Assembly (NCBI GenBank): GCA_002189035.1
Contig: NEEC01000004.1
Coordinates: 2,666,001 to 2,730,000, forward strand
DNA: 64,000 nucleotides
Direction: 5' to 3'
From: Utricularia gibba
Taxonomy: Eukaryota; Plantae; Magnoliophyta
This document shows, in pieces, positions 36,501 to 50,653 of the stretch (positions within the stretch are counted from its first letter, which is position 1; every line of letters begins with the position of its first letter). The translations under genes were made by a program, and so were the position numbers. A model generated the notes under the pieces. The model was not told where the DNA came from and ran no database searches. It saw nothing but the letters and a program-made list of their open reading frames with translations.

Positions 36501-39243
36501 TTGTTATACGAGATATCACTGCACCAAGGATTAAATGAATATAAATACATCTAAAGGAAAAAAGTACCTTAAAAAAGCATCTTATAGGGTGAAGTCAAAA
36601 ACAATAATGTAAATTCAACCATCTTCTGCTTATGCATAAGTAATATAAGTTCATAAGAAGCACGTCTATCTAACAGAGAAAAATGTTTTCATAAGAATAT
36701 AAATAAAAAAAATGCATTCAGTGGGCATACATATGACTGCCGTCCTTCAGGAGTGCATTAGGCAATTTACCACTCAACGAGTTGCTAGTTAAAGATCTGT
36801 AGAGAAAAATACGAATATTAATGATGCTATGCGCTGCTCTAGAAAAAAAAACAGCACACTGTGTCTCAAACAAGAAACTCAAACAACAGAAAATGCATGA
36901 AAATTCCGTAGGATGCACTTACACATCCATCAGAGATCTGGCAATGTCATTTGGAATCTCTCCCACCAACTTATTAAAACTCAGATCTCTAGCAACAATA
37001 AGGTACACATTATGTAGTCAATAACTTTGTTGCTGACACGATTTTGCATCTTTAAAAAAAAAAGGACAAAAGAAAACAAGGAAAAACTACTCAGTCTTTC
37101 GGTAAGCTTCAAGCAGAAGTTGCAAAACAATACCCTCTTAAACATAAATTTGAAAAACAATCGTTCACAAGGACTTTGACAAGTACTTACAGTCTTTGGA
37201 GATCTCTGAGCCTCCAAATATAACCGGGGATTTCTCCAGTAATGTCACAATTTCTCAGAACTCTGAATGAAAAATCATTTCTTTTTAGCAGCTCATCAAG
37301 AAAGTACACCAAAGGAAATCTATATGCAGGGTTGTTAGCATACAAGGTGACTAAGTTTGTGATGTTCTGTAGCATAGGAAAAGGCTGGACAGGCGATTTC
37401 ATGTCACTAATTCTCCTGCATAAAGAACTTTTCAGGATCTACGAAGTAAACTAGCACAAAAAACTTATTGCAAGACAGGAAAGAATTTCAAATTTTGCAG
37501 GCTCACAAGTCCGTCAATGCATTTAGAAGAGAGAGATTTTCAGGGATGGGGCCTTCCAGTCCACTTCCAAACATTTCCCTTTGTTTGACATCAAAATATT
37601 CATGTTAAAACTGTTAGAATAATCACTGGTCCTGGATTGGAATTATATATATACTTAAGTCCAAATGAATAATTTATGTATTTACATATACAGGTCTTAC
37701 AATCTTTTAAGCTGTTGCCAGTTCTGAATAAAATCTGGTATCCTGCCGCTGAAATTGTTTTCGTTTATCCTACTGCAATGTGAAAAACGTCAAGACATTC
37801 AATAATTAAATAAAAATAATATTAAGGTGAAAAGAAAGTATACGTTCTTACAAATCCTGTAAGTTTATTAGAGTCGAAAGAGATTCAGGCAACTCTCCTG
37901 TTAGTTGGTTTGAAGACAGAACCCTGAGATGCAAAGCAGATTATCATCTTATGCCATATGTACGTTAACAATGATTTCATGCAAAATAAATTGAGAAATC
38001 TTACAGAGTCTTCAGATTTAGCATCTTTCCAATATCAGGAGGAACACTACCTGAAAACTGGTTGTTATCAAGGTACCTGATAAAATACAAAATGGTAAAT
38101 AACGGCATACTGTTGAGAGACTGCAGTGATCAAAAAAAGAAAATGACTTTACGAAGACTCATTTTAGCACATTAAGAAGAACGATTAAGCTGATGACATA
38201 CAATTCTGTGAGGTTAGTCATGAGCCCCAATTCCTTCGGTAGTGGCCCAGATAAACGGTTCACAACAAGAGATCTGGGAGAAAGTACAATGAAAGATGTG
38301 ATGTATATGACATACTAGGATCATGTGAGTGCTACGTTTTTCACAAACGTACATTTTAGTCAGTTGTGTAGAAAACCATTCACTTGGAATCGTTCCAGTG
38401 AGAAGATTGTACGCAAAATCACTGAAAAAAAATTCATATTAGACATAAAAAAAAAACAAGCGAATTAGATTACTCAGATGTTTGCTTACACGTCCGTGAG
38501 ACAGGGGAGATTCACAATACTCCGTGGAAGAACTCCAGGAAGGTCATGACCCTTGATCACACTGCAATGATATGCACCATGAAAATTCACAGGGAATCAA
38601 ATATGTGACGACTAAAACAGTCTCAAGATGCGCATCATTCGACATATCTGAAGATCACACTAATGATATTCGAAAACTCAATGGTGAGAGACTACGGTGT
38701 CTTAGGAACTAAAAGCACATACATTCTTGAAACGTGACGGAAAGTATTGTTTGCAGAGCTACAGTTGCATTTTATAAAACCCTCAGCGTTTGGAGGAGCC
38801 ACACGCGAAAGGCCGACCATGATAACTTCACATGAACTGGCGTTGAATCTCCAGTAGGTTGCGCCCATCTCAACGGCCATGTTTTGTAGAGCACGAACTA
38901 AAGCACACAATATAACAAGTCGTAGAATCAGGACGTCATTGTTGGGTAACAAAAAATTGAACAGTAACGAATCAACACCCAGGCGAAACCCAATTCTTTT
39001 TTTCTTTTCCAAAAACATGTATGTGCCCCCGGAATTTTCTCCGCCTATCAAATCAAAGATGAGCACATTCCTTGTTCTGGGCCTCAATGAAACCCACAAG
39101 ACAGGAGTACAGAAAACAAACAAACAAGAAAAGAACAAGTATAAGCAACCACCTTCTTCCGGCGCAACAGGCTGAGAATGAGAGAAGCCGATCAACGCAA
39201 AAAAGCAAACCGCGAGAACCCAGTGGCATGCTCTTCCATTCAT
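33582..39243 (-). CDS. LRR-malectin receptor-like Ser/Thr kinase (LRR-VIII-2, RKF1/RFK1-like)
   Basis: Signal-peptide exon, a series of about 72-nt LRR exons ([36 protein letters not shown]), malectin domain ([23 protein letters not shown]), TM helix and kinase ([28 protein letters not shown]). One 1-base deletion in a G-run at 35450-35453. Confidence 0.95.
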
Positions 39244-41105
39244 TTCAAGCATCCTCCAACATCAAGGTTTAGCAACTTCCCAAGGACAGGTTTGTTTCCG
39301 TTTGGTGCGGTTGCAATCGTGAAGTATTAAGAAGTGGAGAAAGTTAAGAGGGGCGGGGAGCGAGACTCAGACAAGCAAAATATCAAGCAATGTAAACAAC
39401 AGACGATGATGCAGGTTGCGAGGAAGAAACGATAACCGGGATGGTCCACAAGAGACCCAATCCATGGATCAACGGCAACCCACTGTGTGTATACTAGTAA
39501 TCAAAATCTATGTGCTGCCGGGTGGTAGATGAAGACAAATCATCTCATCTCGGCTGACTCCTCAAAAAAAAAAAAGGATTTAATCAATCCCCTTTTAATT
39601 AAATAGTAAATGCATTTCATTTGTGTTACAAAATAACTCCTTTATTATTATTTAAATATTTTAAAATAACAAATTTGATTCAATCCATGCTAGGAAGACT
39701 ATCTACTAAATTGATCATGAACCTTGGAGGGTAATTAATTAGCCAAATTAAGCATAAGGGACGTCATAAAAAATTAGCATAATGAATTTATTTCAGTATT
39801 AAAAATATGATTTTGCTACGTTTCCGTACTTGTGCAATTATTTTTGCTACGGATATCATCCCGTCCCTGTGTTATAATACGAACAAGTCGCATGACTCAG
39901 CATAAGTCGCTCCTTTGCTTTTTTAAAAGGAAGGCAGTGTCTTCGAGATGATGAAAGTTTCAACATTATATTATTTTTGTGGAGGCTCGGCTAGGCTAGG
40001 CATCACAAGTTGACCACTTCGTCTCATTCTTCATTAAAATGACTTGACGTCTTCTTCTCTTGTGTTTTTAATAATTAATAAATATTAGTATACATCTGAT
40101 TAGTATTAAATTAATCACGGTCGTCTAGCGTACCACGAGTTTGAATCCTTTCTTTTTAAAAATAAAAAATAAAAAAAAAGTTCATTTAAAGTTTTCAATG
40201 AATCAGCTGTTGATTGACTATATTACCCTTTTCAGGAGGACGCCGAAGAACGATAATATTATAACAACCTCGTCATCATGTCCATCTTTGCATAAAAACT
40301 CATATTTTTGTTTGCATTTAAATTGGTATTTGTGTTTTTTATATTAACATTCTAAATATATTTTTAAATCAATCAATGAATCAATTTTTTTGTTGCAACT
40401 ATTTTATTTTTTTTCTTGAATTTACAAAAATCACAATTAAATATTTACAATCAAATATGTAGCTTAAAATTATATGTTGTGTTTTAATGCGTATATCATA
40501 TATAAAGTTTTATGCAGTATATGAGCAAAATCAAACATGAGTTTTTATGGTATATTTGTTTGAAGATGTTAATACGTAGAAAAGGATATTTTTCTGAAAA
40601 TCTAGTTTGGGTTAATTGAATACATGCTGCAAGAAGCTTCCTTTCATGATTATGTGGTACATGCATATGTGTTTGATATACCGAATGAAAAGAGGAGCAT
40701 CACTCCCTTCCGTTATTAGATGGTACTCTTGGCTACTGCCACGCCACACACACACACGCCATATCTATTGATCTCAACTTGTTGTAGACTCAAAGTTTGA
40801 CTACATGCGTGTTGATTGACTTTGTCTATTATTGAACATGAACCCAATGGACCCTCCTATGGGATTGGGAAGCAGCCCATCAGCATGATATTGGGCCTCA
40901 TGCCAAGATCAACAACATTTGTTAAACACCAACTGGGAATTGATAATAATTTAGATTTTAAAAGTAGCCCAACATCATGTGATAATTGATATAAAATCTG
41001 TGTTACGTGTCATAGCTCTATTTTTTCTCCAAAAAAAAAGTAAATAATAAAACAACAAAGGTAAATTCTAGTAAATGGGAGGTTGAGAATGTACAAAAAG
41101 TATTA

Positions 41106-43100
41106 GGAGTTGTTTGGTAAAATTGTTTAGTTTATAGTTTTTTAAAAGTATTGTTGTTTAGATAATAAAAATACATTTTTTAGATTGAATATGTGTTTGA
41201 TAACATTGTTTAAAAATAGATATGTTTATAGTATTCTGTGTTTGGTATTAAAATAAATGATTTTAGGGAAATTATTTGAAATATCCTCATAATTAAATGA
41301 TGTTTAATTATTAATATTTCAATTTTATGCTATTTTATTCTTCTTTACTTGTTTTTCAATTTCTAGGGTTCTTTCTCATGCACTTCATATCTATGTAAGA
41401 TCCTTCATCATTTTTGTTTATTGACATTGATAGAGGGTTTATTTTGTATTATATTTTTTTTATTGTTGATTAAGTTAACAAGGATGTATCTATTAGTTAT
41501 CTTTACTGTCATCTTTTGATAGGAATCATATTAGGAACAACTCTAATAGACACAATAAGAAATCAATAGGAACTGAATGAGGTGATGGTTTTAAGACTTG
41601 GTGCAATTGGAATGTACATGAAGAGAGATTATTTATAACTGTATTAAATGAGTTAATAGCTAATGGGTGGAGTTGTGAAAATGGATGGAAGCCAAAATAT
41701 TTATCTACTTTAGAGAAAGCATTCATGAAGCTTTGTCCTGAAACTGAAAAAAAAAAGCCCATCCTCATATGCATTTGATAAACGAAAAATATTGCACATC
41801 GTTAAAATGAAAATTTCTCTTATCAAATAAAATTTATAAACTTAATTCACATCAAATCATATGAAAAATATGAGAATAGTGGACTAGGGTCGAACACCAT
41901 GAGCTAGGTGCTTGCTATGTGGAAGTCAATGCATGCAATCAATGTCACATTGATAAATTTTAACTAGGATTAAGGCAGAGTTGCAATAAAATACAGTAAA
42001 GAAAAGTAACAAACTTCTGAACTCGTTTCTTTCTAAGATAAAATGAATGATGTCTTGGGATTCTTAGGGGATGTATACTTATCACTAAATACGCTCACAC
42101 AAATCATAATTCAAACAACTAACAAACAAAATCTAGGTCTACCCGAACTATTGTTTTCCCTCTAATCTTTAGTCTACCTCTAATTAGAGTTGTTAAGATG
42201 GATTTCACTACTTTCTCTCCTGGATCTATCGTAGTTTATTAAGGAAGTGACGTGACTTATGATTGATTAAGTCTAAAGATTAATTAGCACATTTCCCCCT
42301 TTTCACCTCAAGGCACCCCTAAGTACTTAGCCAATCATAACAAGAGAAAGAAAAGCATCTTCATAATACATCTTAAGCACATTCTATTCTCAAGGCTAAA
42401 CAACAACATAATATGCGTAACAGAACATAAACAGTAAGTTGTTCAAGTAGGGAAAACAAAAACAAGTTTCAGCTAGGAACAATGTTCATCAAGAACGGAT
42501 GAAAATCTTCAAAGGGAAACTTGTTCTTCTGGGTCGTCATCCCCCTTCCTTCTTCCTCTAGAAATCTACTCTAGAAAGAAAGTCGTGTGTCCCAATGCGG
42601 GAGAGATCTCTTCTCTCTCCATCTTGTCCTCTTTTTTGTTTAAAATCCTCTTTTTCCATCTCCTTAGATTTTGTGTTCTTCTTTTTAGACTTTTACCTCA
42701 TCATCTGCTACTGCACTGTTGATATTCGGCTCCTTAGAATTTGTATTGCTGACATGTACTGCATTGTTCAAAGAAAACTATTAGAAGGTTGGGTTGGGAC
42801 TAAATCTATGATTTAGTCCCAACTAATACTAAAAAAACACAATTACGGTACTATGCACATAAATATAGAACTAGGCAGTAAAGTTAAAATTTTGTAGTAC
42901 AATATGAGTCATTTCCCTGTATTTAATTACTCAAAAATATATGTTATCATCATTCCAAGATGGTACCTTCAAGAGAGATTATAATATGCTCGTTGACTTC
43001 TTAAGCAAATTTGGAATTGGTTTTGACTACACTACCAAGACTATGAATGCAACATCAAAATTGTGGATAGAGTGAAACCAGGTACTATGTCATATATTTT
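41106..43100 (+). mobile_element. Decayed PIF/Harbinger (TIR plus Myb/SANT ORF1), interrupted by a solo LTR
   Basis: TTA|GGAGTTGTTTGGT end. WNVHEERLFITVLNELIANGWSCENGWKPKYLSTLEK..HPHMH lies before the LTR and FKRDYNMLVDFLSKFGIGFD after it. Confidence 0.75.
41776..42949 (-). mobile_element. Athila-family solo LTR with near-perfect 5-bp target-site duplication
   Basis: Reverse complement of the 17103-18258 LTR family, with TG..CA ends. Flanks are GCATT (41771-41775) and TCATT (42950-42954). Confidence 0.88.
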
Positions 43101-43979
43101 GGTTAGATTTTTGTTTTTCTCCTTGTTCATTTTATTTTTAATGAGTCTAGATATGAGGTTACTATCTGTCCATTGATCCTAGAGTATGGCCATAGACAAA
43201 ATGTTGTCTCCTTCGAACTAGAAGAGCATGAGTTGGTGCTTTTTATCTTGCTCCTCTTCAAAACTCACAAGTAGTGATCAGTTAATTATAAGAGACTATT
43301 TTATACAAAGACTATAACATAATCATGCGAATACATATGGAACCCAATCAGATTCGAAGAAGCAATGGAGACTAACTAACAAAACATAGACTTGGGACTC
43401 TTTCAACCAAAAAACAAGAGTTTTTTAGCTGGAACGGTCATACAAACTAGGGAAAGTGAAAATAAAGTTTTAAAGAGAAGCTAGAGAAAAATCCTCTTGA
43501 GAGATAAAAGCTAAGTCCAAACTAGAATGAAAACTCCAAGTGAAAGTAAAAGTCTCTACAGTAGAAACTTAATTGAACTACTTTTGTTTGAGTTTTCATG
43601 TTCCCCTAATCCTACTATGGACTAAAGTGACTTGCAAGGGAGCTCCTGATCTAATACTACTATATTAATGATTTCATCTGTTTAGGGACTCATGTGTACC
43701 GCACATCAATATTCATTATCAGGCATTTGTGGTCTTCTGAAAATCAAGAAAATGTCAATTCAAGAAGATCTATTTTGTTGCCATGTGATGCTCATTTCTT
43801 ACACTTTTTGCCATGTGTTCACCCCTAATAAAGCTTAAATAAAATTAGACAAAAATATGAGATAAAATGTATAAATTAAGATAATCACCATAATTTACAT
43901 AAAACCTAAAACCTATATTATAGACTCTTAATTAAAAAACTTTAATTACATTTAGACATAAAAATGACCTAAAAGAACT

Positions 43980-44200
43980 GAGACTCTCCATGGTGATGTA
44001 CTTGACCTTATGTATCCCATATCCAGTAGATCACAGTTACTTCTTTAGCTCAATCAGCTCTCGAGGTGCCATGTGACATGGAGCCTTAGATATTGGTTGC
44101 GTGTTTGGTAACAATTCAATGCACAAATCCACTTCCCTTCTTGATGGATGACCTCATACCTCATCATGGAAGACATCACTAAATTCATTCACAATCGGAA
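43980..44200 (-). mobile_element. Ty3/gypsy (Tekay-like) pol fragment
   Basis: [43 protein letters not shown], the conserved segment preceding RT. Confidence 0.75.
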
Positions 44201-46357
44201 TTTTTTCAATCCTCTTCACCTAGGTTGTGTAGTAATGAAAGATAAGTACTCAATATATTGACAAGGGGTATGCTAGGAAGATCATCTACACGCCTTCTCA
44301 AACCATAAGAGCTTCCCATTCTTTAGTCTTAGTTCCATCTTCCAACAATCTACCAATAGCTCATATTTTGCCTGCTAGGGCCCAAGATGCATAAGACATG
44401 ATTTTCAAGTCCTTTCCAATAGTAGGACTAAAGGTAACCTAACTCTTAAGGTCATGATCCATACCTAGGACCCAAGAGGCATAAGAGATGACTATCAAGT
44501 CCTTACCAACATTAGGAGTTAAGGCAGTCTAACTCTTATGTAGCATAGAGAAATCATATAAGGTAAGTTTACATACACACAGTCACATACTACCTTAACA
44601 TGCATACATACTACAACCAACCTATATATGACACATCTTTTGACATAGTTAAAGACCCTATAGCCATCAAGAGGCCTCCAAAAGCTTGGACGGCTATATT
44701 TCTAGTTTGGTTGATCACCTAACACTTAGTTACTCCCTTCCACATCTAGAAAAAGTTTAAAACATAAAGTGATTATGCTACTGTAATTTGATATAACATA
44801 CACATGAATTAGTAAAATGAAAAGGGTTTTCAGAATAGAATCCTAGGAACAAAACATAACCACATTGTAAATCACATAATCTATCTTTGCTCAGATATTT
44901 TGACTTTTTGGCTTAGGCATCATTTTCAAATCTTAAGAAGTTGGTCATATATTACCCAAGTTTATCAATATTGATTAGAAGAGCCACCAACCAACTGCCA
45001 TTTCGAAAATTAGACCATATCATGCATATAACAAGCTTTTTGGTCTTTTTTGTTTGGCTTATCCCCTAAGGATGCCTTATACATATTTGATATAATTAGT
45101 CTTGAATTACATAGTTAAAACTATGTTGCTAGGAGTATGGGTTCTCATATCTCATCATTTTCTAATATATAATTACATAGTACATAAATATGGAACTTTG
45201 GTTGTTTCCTACACTTCTTCTAAAAGAATCATAAAAAAAAAAGTAAAACTCATTTGGGTTTATGTAAAGAACCGTAAGGCTCAAGTAGAACTCTAATCTA
45301 CGACGAATCACAGTTTACGAATCAAAACCAAATGGTTAGGAACCGTTGGCATCTCTATTTGGGCTTCTCAATTCAAGTGATGATCGAAACAGCTGGTCGG
45401 AATCTGATTTTTCATCTGACATTGAAGAAGAAAGAGTTGCTCTGTAAGTACCGATCGTTGCTTTGGGCCGATTAATTTTCCGGTTTCACCTTGTATCTTT
45501 GAATTGATCGTTGAGCCGCTTGGATTGCGAACTGTTTCCGATCCATCGGCTGTGAACCGCGTGTTTCGTGGAGACAGACACCCCCCCCCCTCCCATAAAC
45601 CGTGGTGTTCCTTTATTGTTGCTTTCTCGAGTTGCTGCCGTCATCGTTTTTCGTTGGATTTTGGTCATCTGTCCGTCCAATGGGAAGTTGGGGCTGGCGT
45701 ATGATTTTCACTATTAAAGTTATTATAACGACGTGCGGGATACATGTTGAACCTCATGATGTGTCTGTTAATTGATGGTTTATGCCATGTCACTCCAATG
45801 TTAAAAAATATGTAACATCAAATCACACAATTTCTCAAGTAAATGATGGATTCTTTGGTTTTTGTCATATCTGTTGTAAATGTTTAATTAAAATATTGTA
45901 TTCATTTAATATAAATCAAAGAATACGGAAGCGTCTTTGTTTTCATTCCTAGAGGCTGCGAGAGGGAAGAATATTCGCTTCAAGGCCGGTTATCGGCGGT
46001 ACAGATTGCGATCCTGTTTTGGGGTTTCAGTTCATTCGAATCTGCTTTGGAGATTAGTTGAACGTGAAATCGGTCAAGGGAAAGCATAAAACCCTCGACT
46101 TTCAGAGGGTATGTTCCTCCCTCTTTATTTGATCATAAATTTGTTTTCTTTGCGCGATGATTGTTCGGTGCCTTTTCTTAAGAGTAGGGCAGCTTTTGAG
46201 GTTTTTCTTCGAGAAAGAGGCCTGGTTTAGAAGCCCTTGAGTTCCTAGTCTCATTTGGGTTTTTTCTTTGTGAGGTGTCATCGAAGTTGAGTCCATTCCT
46301 AAGAACGTCTTGCTTATCTCAGGCATTTTGGGGGTCTTCCTGGAAACAGATGTACAT

Positions 46358-48650
46358 ATGGTGAACATGGATTCATATTGTATTCAAGAAATCGAATCAT
46401 CTAATTATGTTTCCTGTGAGATTTCTGGAGCTAGTGAAAGAGAATTGGATGACCCAGAGAAAGTCCGTGCTAAGTTATCTGCATATGAAACAGAAGTCCA
46501 TTCAGGAAAGGATAAAACTCAAACCGCAAGCGACACCTTGATCACTGATGCCCCAGCTAATGAGCAAAGGGAAGGTCTGCAGGGAAAAAGAAGTCCTGTA
46601 CTTCAGCCAATATCTACTGTAGGGGAGTCTGATTCTTTGGTAAATGTTGATTCTAATCAAAAGGGAAGTTCTCGGCATCTTGAGACAAGTGAGGAGCTCA
46701 TGGGTGAGTATGACTTGAGTGATCAGCAGCAAATGAAGTACTTCTCTTATGAGCCACCACTTTATGAAGAAACTGGGAATTGGATACCTGTGTCAGTTCC
46801 TCCAATGACGGAAGAAGAACATGAAGAGTGGACTAAAGGGTTTATCTCAAACGGTGGGCATATTCCAGACGAAGATAGGCGTCGGCATATGAATAACGAC
46901 TTGACTATGTGGGATGTGGTGGTGGAGATGTTGCTTACAGCCAGTGGAAAGATGAGGTCTCTTGCTTCAGGGGATATTCTAAAAGTTTCATTGGTATCAG
47001 CCAACTTAATTGAACATGCATGGAAGGAAATGGCTCAAACACTGTCGGAGGTGAATCTCAGTAGCAAATGCGAACTTCTTGAGTCAGAGCCACCAAAGTG
47101 GCTTCCAGATAGCGTGGCATCTTCCTGTATGCTTTGTAGTACGCGGTTCCATCCAATCATGTGTGCCAGACATCATTGCCGGCTCTGTGGAGGAATTTTT
47201 TGTGGTGAATGTACTAAAGGGCGTAGCTTGATGCCCGAGAAATTTCGTATAGGAGATCCACAGCGAGTTTGTGATGTATGCTATGTGCGCCTTGAAATTG
47301 TGCAACCTTATCTAATGGAGCAAGTAGGCCGGGCTGCTCAAATCCCAACAAATGATGTAACAGACTTGAGCACTTTGCGATCCTGGGTCAATTTCCCATG
47401 GGGCCAGACGATGGAGTATGAAATATACAAGGCCACAAACATCATTCGTGCTTATGCAAAGGTATACCATGCATCCTTTGTTTAACCATATGGATCTTAC
47501 ATTTGAATTTCTAAAGGACGATTTCTGGTAGTTAAATTGGGGATAAACATGGGCGGTTCCACTCCTGTAAACTAGTTTTCTTTTGACAAGAATACAATTA
47601 CGTACACTGTCACTTGGTTGAGGTTAGACTACAAGCCTACTAAAACCAGTATCATAGGGTTATGATTTTGGTATCCTGCTCCAGTTTTCAGCTTGAGATA
47701 GTAAAGGGTGTTCTATTGAAGTTTGAGGGACTTTCTATTAGAAGCCCTGGGTATTATATAAAAAAATAGTTCAACTTTGGGAGAGCACATGTTGTATTTT
47801 AGTGCCTTTAGGGTAATCCTAGTATATTCTCATATAGATAATGATTGTTTTCTTTTTACAGGTTGGCTCTCTTAAACCAGAAAAGAAAATTCCAAAAGCT
47901 ATTTTGCGACATGCTAAGGGCCTTGCTATACTTACGGTCGTTAAAGTGGGAATGATGGTTACCTATAACATTGGGACTGGACTAGTAATTGCTCGCCGGG
48001 AGGATGGATCATGGTCCCCGCCGTCTGCCATTTCTACCTTTGGTGTCGGCTGGGGTGCTCAGGTTAGTCATATTAAAGGCCTCAATATCCATTTCCTAAT
48101 GTTTGGATCTTGATGGATCTCTTTTCATGTTATCTGAACTGTTTAAATATCCTTTTCACAAGCCAGGCAGGAGGAGAGCTAACTGACTTCATTCTCGTTC
48201 TGAGAACCAGTGATGCTGTGAGAAACTTTTGTGATGCACATTTTGCGCTGGGAGCTGGGTTGAGCATCGCTGTTGGACCATCAGGGCGCACTGCGGAAGC
48301 TGATGTGAGAGCTGGTGTCAGTGGGGTCGCCACTTGTTACACATATAGCTGTAGTAAAGGTAAGTTTTATTGCTGCTCCGGTTTATGGTTGATGAATGAT
48401 ACAATTCCTTCACAGCCACCCAGGGTTTGTGTTGCTCGTCAGAGATTTTGTTCTGTGCTGTGCAGGTGCATTCATCGGGTGCTCTCTTGAAGGGAGTTTG
48501 GTGACGAGCCGTGGGTGCGAAAACTCAAGATTCTATGGCACCCAATCTTTGAGTGCAGCTGATATCCTTGTTGGCTCGCTGCCTCCGCCACCGGCCGCAG
48601 CCGGGCTGTACCGTGCATTGGCCGAGTTGTATCTGCAGCTTGATAAGTGA
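46358..48650 (+). CDS. FYVE + SYLF (Ysc84) domain protein, CFS1/FYVE2-FYVE3 family, 4 coding exons
   Basis: Exons 46358-47461, 47862-48062, 48167-48359 and 48466-48650. FYVE motifs WLPDS..CMLC..RHHCRLCGGIFC..RVCDVC. SYLF motifs IPKAILRHAKGLAIL..WSPPSAI..GWGAQAGGELTDF..FIGCSLEGS. Frame intact. Confidence 0.93.
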
Positions 48651-49053
48651 ACCGACGACACTTGTAGACTTGTTCGTTTGCAAGAACTGTACATATTACG
48701 CATTCTGTATGCCTCAATTCGTTGTAAAAATAGTTGCCTTGTGCTGGTGCAGTTGTATATAAGGAATTCGGTCTTATCTGTGTGCTTCTTTTTTTGTGTG
48801 TTTGATTGTCCCAAGGGGAGAAAAAAGAAAATTATAAGCTGCAAAAAGCAGAAATAATTACAACCTGGAGGACTATCTGTGGTTTACTCATGGGTGTCCT
48901 GTAAAAGCAATGGCGAAGCAACACAAGGAAAGACAAAAGAAGCACAAATTCGACATAAAAAACGCAAGTAGGAAAGAAGACCCTTCTCTTGTATTGAGGT
49001 GCCACATTTCCCGTGACTAATGCATCCCATTCGGCAGGATTGATGCTGATCGG

Positions 49054-50653
49054 TTATCTGGAAAATTCAACAGCAAAATGAATTGATGAGGTGACTTAAT
49101 CCTTGTGCCAGGGATACTGTCTTCTAAAATGGGATCAAGAGGAGACTCGATATACACAAGCGGTAAGTAGCAAGTACCTGGTGCGAGAATTCCCAAGGGT
49201 AAGCTGCAGCTCGTCATGTACACACTCATCATGTATTCTTTCACCTTCCCATGCCCTCACAAGTAGTCCCTTGGCATTGTTTCGAAACGCAAATTCAGTT
49301 GAAACAGAGTCCAGCATTGGGACATCGGCAGCCTGGTCAGCAGGAGATGGAGAACAAGTCCCACTTTGTAAGGGAGACAACATCCGCGATCCTCCATTTG
49401 AAAGAAATCCAAATGGACTGGGAGATACCCAACTGAAAGTCGGGGAACTAGGCTCATCTTGGGGGTTTGAACTCCAGAAGGCCATCCTGAATCCGCAGGA
49501 GTTTGCATTCCTGGGCTTTGAGGTGTTGAAGATGGAAAAAATGGGAACCGCTGCCCTGGCCAGGGAGAACCAGAAGTAGGATCATCGCATCTGCCATTCT
49601 TCATTCGAGGAGTACCAGGGGAGCTCATTGGGGGTGTCACAGGAGCACTTACTGAGCCTCCTGCGACGAAAATATTGCTTGAATGCTTTGACGAGACTGG
49701 AAGAGAGCCTGAAGACAGGTTTTTTAGCCAAGGTATAAGGGAACTGGGATCAGTGGAGTCATTATTCACATTGCGTAGGTTCTGGCATGAAACCAGGCTT
49801 GTGAGAGAAGAAGAAGCAGAACTTGGATAGAGAGATGAGCCAGGACTCACGGCAGCGAAACCACCACCTTCTTGTTCCAAGGGCTTGCATCCCTGAAAAA
49901 GTGATAACTTAGATAGACACCACGTCTACAAATTGCTTTTCACATTCCCCAAACACCGAAAATAAGTTACAGTAAACATACAGTACAGCCAACATGAGCT
50001 TCGACAAAAACCTTCGAAGAAACATAAAAAGGGTGACAAAACCTCGGAAAGTAACCAAAATCATCGATCACACGCATTACAGCAAACAGTCAGCGGTCTG
50101 CTTCCAATTCTTCAATGACACTACAAGACACAGACATGCCCTCTCCTTAATAAATGATTTCAAAGGAAGCTGATTCGATTCCCTTTTGAGACGCCGAATG
50201 CGTACACTGCACTTCACCCTTCTGAGCTTACCCACCAAAGACAGCCCGCGTGATTAACGACTCTGAAAACTCCCATTAAACGCGTAAAGCGCAGTTTTGC
50301 AGAAATCAACAGCAGAAATGCAAAGGAGTCGCAGTCTCAAAAGCATGCCCAACCACAAAATGTAAACCAAGCTCGAATCTAATGGCACGCGCCTCAGCAA
50401 CCATCAATCAATCAATCAATCAATCAATCAGCCGTACCTTCCGATAGGTAGTGCCGTCTTCTTCGACGATCCAACCAGCTTCTTTGCAGAGAGCTTTCAA
50501 GACTTCGTTGTTGTCGCAGTGCTTAGGAAGCTTGTAGTTGCCGTACATCCTCAATCCAGCGAAGATCTTGGCCGAGATGGCACGGCGACGGCGCTCCCTC
50601 CGCTTGTTGTTCTCGCGCTCCTTCCACGTTGGCAGTCTGGTGCCGGAAGTCAT
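49054..50653 (-). CDS. BES1/BZR1-family transcription factor (BEH4-like)
   Basis: Exons 50653-50438, 49892-49178 and 49057-49054 (AG|A TAA). [58 protein letters not shown], and the EAR-like C-terminus [12 protein letters not shown]. One 1-base deletion in a C-run at 49461-49465. Confidence 0.93.
50403..50430. repeat. (ATCA)n microsatellite in BEH intron 1
   Basis: About 7 perfect ATCA units. Confidence 0.9.

Noticed and set aside
45372-45425. Apparent box C/D snoRNA (GTGATGA...CTGA with TCAA/TTGA ends)
   Set aside because: Only about 45 nt, with no C' box and no recognisable rRNA guide.
49017-49579. Extra ORFs overlapping or antisense to the BEH gene (and similar track ORFs over the RLK, CAD1, NAC and DnaJ genes)
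   Set aside because: They are shadows or alternative frames of real exons with no independent motif support.
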